A stretch of DNA of 64,000 nucleotides from an uncultured Phycisphaerales bacterium (GTDB lineage Bacteria; Planctomycetota; Phycisphaerae; Tepidisphaerales; Tepidisphaeraceae), in contig CAWJPJ010000006.1 of the NCBI GenBank assembly GCA_963844715.1, forward strand, positions 32,001-96,000, read 5' to 3'. The notes beneath the pieces are model-generated. The model made no database searches. It was given only the letters and a program-made list of their open reading frames with translations, and was not told the origin of the DNA. A program made the position numbers and the translations under genes. Positions 1 to 9,836 of this stretch are shown here, one piece after another (position 1 is the stretch's first letter; the number at the start of each line of letters is the position of its first letter).

Positions 1-246
1 ATAACACCGAAACTAAGTCAAACTGGGCCGCTTGCGACTGGGCAATTTTGGATCAGCGGTGTCTTGTGGTTGGATGAGGCTGGAGAACGTGTTAGCTATG
101 CGGTTCCTCAGCAGCCAGAATTTAACTTGCCGGAACTCAATCGCGGTTTACGAACTATATTGGAAGAGCTTTGGGCTGAAATGGAAAAAATAGATGCTAA
201 CAAATTGAAGAAAGTTGGCCGCCGGTCAGCGTTGAGTTCTCCGTAA
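1..246 (+). CDS. 3' end of hypothetical protein running in from outside the window; possibly immunity gene of a preceding Rhs cassette
   Basis: Frame 1 is open from base 1 to TAA at 244-246; lower GC than core genes; CTGTAGC follows 9 bp later as at other cassette ends. Confidence 0.45.
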   Translation: MTPKLSQTGPLATGQFWISGVLWLDEAGERVSYAVPQQPEFNLPELNRGLRTILEELWAEMEKIDANKLKKVGRRSALSSP

Positions 247-546
247 CATCACCCCTGTAGCGTGCTATGCGCCTATCAGCCGCAAAAAAGCTACGAGCCG
301 ATTGGGCCGAGTCAACGCGGTACGCCCACCAGCTCATCGCGCAAAGATCGCGGCTGCCATCCCGCCTACCGCATGAATGATCCAAACGACAGATGCGGCA
401 ACAAGGAGGCCAATCACGAGTATCGCAATAGTCTTCCACCGGACCTTTTTGATATCTTTTTCCATCCACTTCATCTTTAACGGGCCGCTTGCTTCATCAA
501 GCCAGTCGTAACATTCTCCCCCGTCGTCCCTTCTATGAGCCGAGCC

Positions 547-872
547 GTGTCAAGTGTGTTGACGTTGCCAGGGAGCGAGTCGGTCGTTTTAACCTTCTAT
601 TCAGAGCTTCCGCGTCCGGCATGGCGGAAGGGCAAGCCCTCCGTTTGTGCCGGGAATCGCGGGCCTATTCAACTGTACAATGCGGCAGGATGCGGAGGGC
701 AAGCCCTCCGAATGCCCGCCAGCGCGACGCCCATTCTGTAGCGCGAGCTTTGCGAAGGGTTTTGCGCCTCCGATGGCTCAGGGACGACAACGGGCTGTCG
801 CTGATGACGACCGGCAAACTCCGCCAACGCAACATCATTGACCTTTCCTCTTTAGCTGCCTTCTTCCGATCA
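547..872 (-). ncRNA. Candidate bridge RNA / seekRNA of the IS1111-type element (exact ends unknown)
   Basis: Internal loop (726-799) carries two 9-mers matching the two flanks on opposite strands; two near-identical hairpins at 625-643 and 693-710 read G(CUUG)C on the minus strand. Confidence 0.7.
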
Positions 873-1950
873 TCACGCCGGCGTCGGCATTCCCGTCGCC
901 GCCGCGTGGTCTTTCCAATCGGTTCCGTCCGCAACATGGCCCACAGCTTGACCAGCAGCCTCCGGGCCACGGCGACGATGGCAATCTTCTTTCGCTTGTC
1001 GCTGCCGCGGCGGACGTTCTCATACACCTGCTTCATCCAGGTATTGGCACGCACGCCCAGCCAGGCGACCTCCACCAGCAATCCCCGCAGCAGGCGGTTG
1101 CCGGCGTGGCTGATGTGGCCCTGGCGATCGCTTTCGCCGCTCTGCCAGCGCCGTGGCGTCAGGCCCGAATAGCTGCTGACCTGCCGGGCACTCTTGAAAC
1201 GATGGGGATCGTCAATGATCGTGACCACCGCCTCGCTGAGGCGCGGGCCGACCCACGGGGCGGTCCTCAATTGCTTCACGCGCTGATCCGCCCTGGCCAG
1301 TTCCGCCAGCTTCAATTCCACCTGCCTGATCTGTTCTTCCAATCCCTCCAGCAGCTTGCAGTTCCACATGCAACTGGAAACAGCCACAACTGTTCCGCCG
1401 GCGCTGACGCATCCTGCGCCGCCTTGCTCCATTCGACGATTCCCGCCGCCGCCCAGGCTTTGTCACCGGCGGGCAGCTTCAAACCCTGGCGCTCGAAGAT
1501 GGCGCGGATGTTGTTCTTGATCATGGTTCTTCGGCCCACCAGGCCGTGGCGGTATTCGATAAACGACCGCCATTGCCTCACCTTCGTCGCCGGCACGTGG
1601 ACCGTCGGCAGGCATCCCATCTCCGACATCTGCGCCAGCTTCAGGGCATCGGTGCGGTCGGTCTTGTTCTTCACCAGCTTCCACTGCCAACGCTCGTCGT
1701 TGCCGTTGGCGACCTGGATCGGGATGCCCAGTGTTTCGGCTAGGTCGTGCACCCATCCTGCCGCCGGTCCCGCCTCAATCACCAGGCGATCGGGGGCGCG
1801 GTGGGTGAGCAAGTCGTGAATGGCAGCGGGATCAGTGGCCACCTTGCCGAACTCATGTTCGGCGGCTTTGCCTTCCATCGTGCCGTGATCGGTGATATAA
1901 TCCACAAAAACGCTCTTGTTCTTACCGAGATCGATAGCGAGAATCTTCAT
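873..1950 (-). CDS. IS110 DEDD transposase/recombinase, frameshifted near 1355-1380 and 925 (probable indel errors)
   Basis: ILAIDLGK, VIEAG, KNKTDRTDA, PWVGP, YSGLTPRRWQSG, GNRLLR, AIVAVARRLL motifs; GAAAGGA RBS before ATG 1950; one added G gives the ending MLRDGTDWKD..PA* at 873. Confidence 0.9.
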
Positions 1951-2074
1951 GGCCGAGTCCTTTCTCAAAGGATGACGTTTGAGCCGCCCCACGCGGGGTG
2001 AGCTCGTTAATAACCGGGGATTTTATGCTCCGTGTTCAACGTCCCGAGGAAGGCTCGGCTTCATAGTTTCTGTA

Positions 2075-2157
2075 GCTCCGTCGCGTCGGCGTCGGCCCTC
2101 GCCCGTGGAGCGCACGCGCCGGGGGCCGACGCTGATGCGATGGAGCGGAAGGGCGAC
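2075..2157. repeat. Long GC-rich imperfect palindrome (REP-like), insertion site of the IS110
   Basis: GCTCCGTCGCGTCGGCGTCGGCCC pairs with GGGCCGACGCTGATGCGATGGAGC; GAAGGGCGAC (2148-2157) pairs with GTCGTCCCTTC on the far side of the IS (523-533). Confidence 0.75.
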
Positions 2158-2259
2158 TCCCTGGTAGCTCCAGAGCGGAGCGCCGAGGTCCGGCTGTATC
2201 CTTCCACGTCCAGCCATGTCCAGCATCGCGCGGGTGCAACGCCGGCGTGCGCGCTGAAG

Positions 2260-2307
2260 CCCAACCCACTTCTTTTTTAGCTGCTGTAGCTGCCGCCGCC
2301 GTGTTCA
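2260..2307 (+). repeat. Junction repeat J1; other copies at 12071-12116 and partial at 462-479
   Basis: CCCAACCCACTTCTTTTTTAGCTGCTGTAGCTGC vs CCCAACCCACTTCATCTTTAGCCGCTGTAGCCGC vs CCATCCACTTCATCTTTA. Confidence 0.8.
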
Positions 2308-2319
2308 AGACGCGCGGAA

Positions 2320-2721
2320 TTATCCGGCTCTCTTGCCGGCGTGCTGCGCGGCCAGGGCGTCGATGAACTTCAACACGGCCTTTTGATCGTGGGCGGGGAA
2401 GCGCTCGAGCAATTGCATGCGCCGAAGCACGCGGCGGCTGACGCCGTTGCCGTTGGCTTTGTGGGATTGCGCCGGCGCGATGCCCAACAACTCATCGGCG
2501 CTGACGCCCAAAGCCTGGGCGAGTTGGCCGATCATCGCGGCGTGGGGCCTGACGCGGCCGCACTCATAGCTGGAGATAACGGCCTGGATCGTGCCGGCCT
2601 TCTCGGCCAGTTCGATCTGAGTGAAGCCGCGCTCTTTGCGCAGCCGCGCCATCCGCTGGCCGATGGTCTCGGCGTCGGTTCTGCTGCGCGTCGGGCTGTT
2701 GGCGATCCTGGGCATGGGCAC
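2320..2721 (-). CDS. XRE-family helix-turn-helix transcriptional regulator
   Basis: IGQRMARLRKERGFTQIELAEKAGTIQAVISSYECGRVRP...LAQALGVSADELLG. Confidence 0.92.
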   Translation of the reverse strand: MPMPRIANSPTRSRTDAETIGQRMARLRKERGFTQIELAEKAGTIQAVISSYECGRVRPHAAMIGQLAQALGVSADELLGIAPAQSHKANGNGVSRRVLRRMQLLERFPAHDQKAVLKFIDALAAQHAGKRAG

Positions 2722-2800
2722 AATTATACGGGCGACTGGGCGCGGGAGGGGTTGGGGACACCTTGCAAATACAATAGGACGTTGTAATACTGGCTACAAT

Positions 2801-4301
2801 GCGTATACCTATGACCTCGTCGGCAATCGAAAGTCGGACGTCCTAAGCGGAAGCGAGGACGGTACGGCCGGCACGACCACTTACTCATACAACAGCGATA
2901 ACGAACTGACCAGCCAAACCGTCGGTTCCACCACAACGACGTTCACGTTCGACAACAACGGCAGTCAATTGACCAGCACGACGGGAAGCAACGTCACAAC
3001 GAACACGTACAACGTTCGTAATGAACTAAACAGCGTTGCCACCGGCGGCTCGACCACCACCTATGTCTACAACGACGCAGGGAATCTTGTGCAGGAAACG
3101 ACGAGCGGGACGACGACTTACTATCTGGTCGATGACAACAATCCGACGGGGTATGCCAAGCCGATCGAGGTGCGGGTCGGGTCAGCGAGCGGCACGCCAA
3201 CCACGACGTACATCCTTGGTGACCGCGTCATCGGTCAGGCGAATAGCTCCGGCGCCGTGAGCTACTTGCTGACTGACGGCGAAGATAACACCCGCGCTCT
3301 CGTCAGCTCGTCGGGCACCATCACGGCTGCATACAACTACGATCCGTTCGGTGATCCGATTGGCTTTAGCCTCTCCACGGCCTCGACGCGGTTGCTGTTC
3401 CAGCAAACGATGTTCGATGCGCCGTCAGGGTTGAACATCTTCGGCGACGGTCAGCGCGAAGCAGAAGTCGGAGAGGACAACTTCATCGAGGCCGATTCCC
3501 CCGGATACAGCGACAACGTCGATCCATTAACGCTCAACGGATATCTATTGGACGGGGCCAATCCGATCAGCAACGTCGACCCCAGTGGGCACGATCTGAC
3601 CGACATTCTTGTGTCGTTAGGACTAAGCGAAACGATCGCATCGGCGACATCGGGATTCGCAATCAGAGCCGCTATTGGGGGAGCCACAAACGTCGCAATT
3701 CAATGGACATTGACGGCGACATTGACGCCCAACCAATATACCGTCCAGCAGGGCATCTATGATTTTTTAACAGGTGGACTAACGGCTGGCGCATCGAATG
3801 CTCTCATGGCACCACTCAAGTCCATCCTCGGTGGCCTCGGCTTGTCGGAAGCATTTCAGATCCTAGGCAGCGTGTCGGGAGGCTGGATTACTGCAGCAAT
3901 TGGTGACACTATTTCGTATGTTGGACGATCCGAACTATTTAGTCACGAGACACCCTCCGATAAAGAGATTGCCGAAGCCTTTGCATTCTCCCTTGTCGGC
4001 AACGCGATCGGAGGAACGGCAAGCAGCGCTATTCAGTCGCAATTTGCCGACAGCGCGAGAGGCAGCCCCAGAGCATGCTTTAACAGCGTACAATCAGTTT
4101 GAGGCCCGCATAAGCGGGAGCGGAAATGATTTTCTGGAGCTTGTATCTCAAGCTCTCGATCAGGGTTATCCTTATGCTCGGTCGCTGGGACTATATATTA
4201 TTGACAACGTGCAGCCAATTGCGAAGGCCATAGGTTATGGAGTCGAGGGTGCCGTCGATGCCGCGGCAGACTTGCTCAAGGAGGCAATCAACCAGCAATA
4301 G
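2801..4301 (+). pseudogene. Orphan Rhs cassette A: 5'-truncated YD-repeat core plus hydrophobic C-terminal toxin domain (frameshift ~4060)
   Basis: YTYDLVGNR, YDPFG, NPISNVDPSGHD cleavage motif, then Gly/Ala-rich tip; no credible start codon; tip continues in ORF 3900-4301. Confidence 0.85.
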
Positions 4302-4346
4302 CTGAACCCGGCCTGCCTATTTGATTTAAATCGAGCAGAGCTTCCC

Positions 4347-5030
4347 ATGCCGCAAGTATTCAAGATAAACAACTTTTCGACTGCGGATAGTTTAATCGTT
4401 GCCTCAACTGTCGTCGTAATGGCGCTCGGCTTCTTTTTCTCCGCTCGTACGCTGGTTAGGGCAATCGTTGATTTAATAAAGGAAAGAGCCCCAAAGGGGG
4501 CTTGGGAGTGGGCAGGAACTTTCCTCATACTTTGGTTCGTCTTAGTAGCAGTTGCGGCGAGGGCCGCGATTGCCGTCGCCGCGCGCGGTGGTGCGGGTGC
4601 CAGTTCGGGGATGGTCGGGGTCGGTGTGCCCTCTGCAAGTTCCGCGGCCGTGCGCACTTCCGCAGGGAAAAACCGGGCCGGCGGCTGGCTCGCCGTCTCG
4701 ATCATTATGGTTTTTCTGCTGCCCGCCTTATTTGTTCGGACCATCTTGTTTGAGCAGCCGCAACGTATGGCCGTCTCAAATTCCGGAATCGAATTACTTT
4801 ATCGGCTTCCCTGGCGCAACCTTTCGATCAATTGGTCTAACATTAGTGATATCCAACTCGATCGCAAAGAATATTACGTGCAAGGCATCACGAAAGCTCA
4901 CAATTACACGATCGTTATCGATCACGATGGAGCCGAGACTAGGATTGTGACCGATCCGTGGTATGAGGACCAAGTGAATGCCGCGTATCAAGCTGCGAAG
5001 GCGAAGTTAAAAGATTATAAAGGAGAATGA
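4347..5030 (+). CDS. Membrane protein, putative immunity for cassette A
   Basis: Directly after the toxin tip; about three hydrophobic segments then a beta-rich tail (LSINWSNISDIQL). Confidence 0.65.
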   Translation: MPQVFKINNFSTADSLIVASTVVVMALGFFFSARTLVRAIVDLIKERAPKGAWEWAGTFLILWFVLVAVAARAAIAVAARGGAGASSGMVGVGVPSASSAAVRTSAGKNRAGGWLAVSIIMVFLLPALFVRTILFEQPQRMAVSNSGIELLYRLPWRNLSINWSNISDIQLDRKEYYVQGITKAHNYTIVIDHDGAETRIVTDPWYEDQVNAAYQAAKAKLKDYKGE

Positions 5031-5060
5031 AAAAGTCATGTGGCTAGTTGCCGACGCGCC

Positions 5061-8000
5061 TTTAACCCCGACGGCACCGTACAGAGCGCGACGGATGCGG
5101 ATGGCCTGACCACCGCTTACACCTATTATCCCAACGGCCAGCAGGAAACCGTGACGCAAGAATCTGTGTCGGTTTACAATGCAACCACGAGTACGACCAG
5201 CGACTTCAACAATTACGGCGTTCCCGCCGGGCTCTTGATCAGCGAGTCCAGCCTCGGGCCCACCGGCCAGATGGTGCAGCAGTCGTACAACTCCTACTAT
5301 GGCAATGATGTCGCCGCCTCCAGCCCCAGCTACGTGGCGGCCATTCCTTCCGGCAGCTTCGACGTGGCCGGCGAACTGGCCGGCACCACGGACGTCAGCG
5401 GCGTCACCCACTCTTACAATTATGACGCCGATGGGAATCAGATCAGCGACAGCTATGTCTGGCACGATCCTTCCGCTCCCAACGACCCCTCGCAGGACGA
5501 AATCGTCACCACCACAACCGTCTACGACGCCGCCGGGCGGGTCATTTCCACGACCACCGGTACGGTCACCACTTTGAACAACGCGACCCTTGTGTCGGGC
5601 GTCACCACCAGCACCGATTACAACGCCGCGGGCCAGGTGGAATCGACCACCGATGAATACGGCCAGGTCACCCAATACGTCTACGACGCCGACGGCAACC
5701 TCATCCAAACCCTCTATCCCGACAACACCAGCACGGAAACCATCTACGATTCGGAAGGCAGAGCGATCCTGACCACCGATCGGCATGTCGTGGGCGACTC
5801 CGGGAATGCCACACTCACTGTTTATAACAGCCTGGGCCAGGTTGCCGAGACCCAGCGCGTCGCCGACGTCGCCGCAACCGTCGGCGCGGTATCCGGAATG
5901 ACTGGTGTGGACCAGGTCACGGCGGTCAGCGGCGCCGGCCTCACTTCCACGGAAACCGGCGGGATTTACGTCTGGGCCGTGAACCCGACTTTCACCGGCT
6001 GGTTCTCGCAGACCAGCACCACCTATAACCCCGACGGCACGGTCGCCAGCACCACGGATGCGGACGGCCTGACCACGGACTACACCTATTATCCCAACGG
6101 CCAGCAGGAAAGCGTCACGCAGGTGAGCGTTCCGGTGTATGGCGCGACTGGCGGCGTCGAAAACCTCACCACGACCTACCAGTACAACTCCATGGGCCAG
6201 CAGAGCGACGTGACCGATCCCCTCGGCAACACGACCTCGTATGAATATGATCCCCTCGGCCGGCTGATCTCCACCGGCTACGCCCCGGCGGTCAGCGTGG
6301 GGTCCACCTCCCTCGTCTCGACCACGACCAGCGAAACCTACGATCCGGCGGGGAATAAGATCACCGAGACGGATCAGCTTGGCCGGGTCACGCAGTATAA
6401 GTATGACGATGCCGGCGATCTGATTGAAGTGGATCAGCCGGAGGTTTTGAACCCGGCCACCAATACGATGACCCCGCCGACGACGAGTTACGTCTACGAT
6501 CAGTACGGCGACGAGTTGATGCAGATCGACGCCAACGAACAGGCGGCGTATCAGGCCTGGATCAGCGCCGGCAACACGCCGGAAAGCTTCGCCGGCCCGG
6601 CCACGCGGTATACCTACAATGCCCTCGGCCAGGAAACCTCGGAAACGCTCCCCGACGGCGAGCAGGAAACGACCCAGTACGATCAATTCGGGCGTGTTTC
6701 CTACTCCGTCGACTTCGACGGGAACGTGACGGCTTACACCTACGACGACTCCGCCACCGGCGACGGCCGCGTGACGGGAGAATATTTCTTCCTCCCCGGT
6801 GTCGTGTTCGAAAGCAACAGCGGCGCCGTCATCACGACGAACGCGTCGGAGAGCACAACTTACACTTACACCTTGCTCGGGCAGCAGGAGAGCGTGACCG
6901 ACTCGAGTCCCACCGGCGCCTATACCGCCGATGGCGCGACGACTTACACATACGACGCCAGTGGTAACGTGATTGAGGAAAACACGCCGGAAGGGATTAT
7001 CAATTATTATTACAATGCCCTGAACCAGCAGACGGACATGTGGACGGGGAACGTCACGTATGCCAATCGCGACACCGCCGAGACGTGGACGCAATATGGC
7101 TACGATTCCCTCGGCCGCCTGACCACAGTGACCCAAAGCCGCCTCAATGACCAAACCGTGAATCTGGTGACCACCTACGCCTACGACGCCAACGGCAACA
7201 AAGCCTACGAAATGGACCCTAATGGGGACATCACCACGTATGTATATGATGCACAGAATCGCCTCACCGGCGAGTTGGTCAAGAATGGCAGCACGACGCT
7301 TTATAGCGTGACATACACGCTGAATAAGGACGGCACCCGCGCCAGCGCAACGGAGATGAACGGGTCGACTTCGATCAGCACCAGTTGGACCTACGACAAC
7401 CTCGACCGCCTGCTCGCCGAAACGATCGTCAGCGGCGGCACTTCAACCGATACCTATACCTACGATCTGGTCGGCAACATCGTCACCAAGAACCACGTCG
7501 TCGACGGCTCCGGGGCCGAAACAACGACGTATCACTACAACGGTGACAATGAACTTTACCAGCAGGTGGACAGCGTCACCGGTACGACCAACTTCACCTA
7601 CGACGCGAACGGAGACCAGACCGGCAGCACAGCGAGCACCACGATCACGACCTACACGTATGACCTCGAGAACAAGATGATCTCCGAAGCCGTCAACGGC
7701 GCGACGCAGGCGAGCTACATTTATGACGAGGCAGGCAACAGGGTTCAGGAGACCGTCGGCAGCACGACCAGTTACTACCTGACCGACGACGATAATCCGA
7801 CGGGTTATGCCGAGCCGTTGGAGGTCAGAACCTACACCGGCTCAACCCCATCCCTTGGTGCCGCGTCGCTGTCGATGACGTATCTGATTGGGGACAACGT
7901 TTTCGGGCAGGTGAACTCTTCCGGGACGGCCAGTTACTTCGTCATCGACGGCCACGGCAGCACCCGCGCTCTGGTCAGTTCTACAGGCTCGGTAACCGCC

Positions 8001-8956
8001 ACATTCAACTACTTTGCCTATGGCAACCCTTTGGGCTCCTGGAGCCTGAACACCGCCGGCACGATCTTTCTCTATGGCGGCGACGCCGTGTACGACCCCG
8101 CCAGCGGGCTGTACATGAACGGCGACGGCACGCGGGATCGGTCTGGGTTTGAGTTTATTCAGAGGGATACGAGCCTTGGGGAAAACGCGGATCCGCTTAG
8201 CCTCCACACGTATTTGTACGCGGATGCGGACTCGATCAACGGGTTTGATCCAAGCGGGCACGATGATCTCGATGATATCGAGAATTTTATTGGCAACTTT
8301 GCCATCGCGGCTTTCCAGTCTTCGACACCGTACATGCTATTGCATTACACCTATGAGAGTAATTTCATGCCGAATTGGAATAATGCCGTCGGCGATGTCA
8401 TGCATGGATTTGCTAGCATTGGGTTATCATTTCCCAGCGGGTCCGCGTCGGCGATCGCCGCTCAGATCTATCAAGGGTTGCAGAACTTTAACTATTTGCG
8501 CCAAATATCGCTTCGGTCAGTGTTTCGGGGGGTAAGCTTGCTTCCTTTACTATGAATGGACTACTGATGCAATACGGGATGTCGCGATTTAATGCTGCTA
8601 ATCCCACCGTGCAGCTGGTGCAGGGACCCGGCCAATACGAGCTCACAGGCGTGACTCTTGGGAGTCATATGCTCGTAGGCGTCCGTCGGTGGAGAGTGCT
8701 GATAATTCGGCAGTCGCCGCCGGTGCTTTCCGTCGAAACGGAGGCATATGAGCAGAACAGTAGCTATGCAAATGCGGCCGGCCGTTGGGCTCTCGGGCAA
8801 TCGGCACAATACGCGGTCTGGGACAACTATTTGAACAATATCGGGGCGGCTTGGGTTACAAAGGGTGCCACATTAACGCCTGCAAGGCATATCCCTGAAG
8901 TAGACGTCGGCGCTGTAAATCCGTGGAGGGCGCAGTTGCCGCTTACGCTACAGTAG
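5061..8956 (+). pseudogene. Orphan Rhs cassette B: long 5'-truncated YD-repeat region plus C-terminal domain (frameshift ~8500-8550)
   Basis: Many YD repeats (YDAAGR, YDPLGR, YDSLGR); DSINGFDPSGHD; tip apparently continues in ORF 8552-8956. Confidence 0.85.
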
Positions 8957-8968
8957 AACTGAGGAACG

Positions 8969-9580
8969 TTGCGAACCTTTTTGATCATAGTTGCGAGCGT
9001 ACTATTGTCATTGTTAATTACCTTCGCAATACTTATTGCGTTGCCTCGCGCCATCTTGAATCATGAGGAGGATATGCTCGACCGTATGGCGAAGTGGCGG
9101 GATCAGGCAGTCGCAAGCCCGCACAGTCAGGAAGCGCTGAATGAGTTGTTGGGCGAGTTGCATTCGAGTGATGATATTGAGAGGGGGAACGCGGCTGCAT
9201 ACCTCGGCCAGGTTGGCAGTCGCGCACCTGATATCGCCACCTCCCTGGTTATGCCTCTCGTTCAGACTTTACAAAACGACGATCCGGGGGTCTCAAAATC
9301 GGCCGCCGAGGCGCTCGGTGAAATCGGTCCGGCGGCAATTCAAGCCGTGCCCGCCCTAATCGCATCTGTCGTGAAATACCCTAGTTCGAGCCCGGGGTAT
9401 GAATCGGCCCAGGCTTTGGGCGAAATTGCTGATCCGGGCGATTTGAAAGTGCATCAAGTACTAAATAACGCGGCTAGTGGAGGAGACCGATTAATGCAGT
9501 CGGACGCCCAGCAGGCGATTGACGCGCTCAAATCGCGCCGGCAGTCGGCCGTGACCCGGACTTCGCCGAAACCGGTGTAG
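8969..9580 (+). CDS. HEAT-repeat protein with N-terminal membrane anchor, putative immunity for cassette B
   Basis: Hydrophobic N-terminus; AAAYLGQVG, AAEALGEIGPAAIQAVPAL, AQALGEIA repeats; GAGG RBS before TTG. Confidence 0.75.
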   Translation: MRTFLIIVASVLLSLLITFAILIALPRAILNHEEDMLDRMAKWRDQAVASPHSQEALNELLGELHSSDDIERGNAAAYLGQVGSRAPDIATSLVMPLVQTLQNDDPGVSKSAAEALGEIGPAAIQAVPALIASVVKYPSSSPGYESAQALGEIADPGDLKVHQVLNNAASGGDRLMQSDAQQAIDALKSRRQSAVTRTSPKPV

Positions 9581-9686
9581 TGGCCCAGCACTTTGTATGG
9601 CGGTTTTGTTCTCAGGGTGTTAGGTATTTTTGGATACGTTGTAGCGGCCCGGCAGCTTGTCGGGCGGTTTTGTTCTCAGGGTGTTA
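9576..9686 (+). repeat. Junction repeat J2, tandem: full 64-bp unit 9576-9639 and a unit from 9640 cut by IS5
   Basis: TGTAGYGGCCCRGCA..TTGT..GGCGGTTTTGTTCTCAGGGTGTTAGGTATTTTTGGATACGT; third copy 17396-17459. Confidence 0.9.
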
Positions 9687-9836
9687 GGGCCTGTCTGATG
9701 AATCCAAAATCCTGAAATAGCGACGGATCATGGCGAGCTTGGCCATGGCCTGAAAGTTCACCGCCAGTTTCTCGTAACGCGTGCCCAGGCGGCGATTCTC
9801 CTTCATCCAATTCACGCAACGCTCCACCACGTTCCG
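9687..9836 (-). mobile_element. 150-bp right-end fragment of the 887-bp IS5 element
   Basis: Matches the reverse complement of the 3' end of the copies at 43702, 45988 and 61045 (one synonymous-type base aside); starts with IR GGGCCTGTCTGATGAATC after TA. Confidence 0.92.

Larger units (their letters stand above)
531..2071 (-). mobile_element. IS110-family element, IS1111 subgroup
   Basis: Subterminal inverted repeats CTATGAGCCGAGCC (533-546) and GGCTCGGCTTCATAG (2052-2066); TTCT at both ends (531-534, 2068-2071); long non-coding region 3' of the transposase; joining the flanks restores one palindrome. Confidence 0.85.

Noticed and set aside
262..480. 72-aa ORF ending HPLHL
   Set aside because: No RBS or family signal; its end is the partial J1 repeat
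5007..7154. 715-aa minus-strand ORF (likewise 20860-22497, 37001-38827 and similar)
   Set aside because: Antisense shadows of real genes caused by high GC3; no recognisable motifs
9576..9686. J2 tandem repeat as a CRISPR array
   Set aside because: Units are 64 bp and abut with no spacers; only two in tandem; no cas genes in the window
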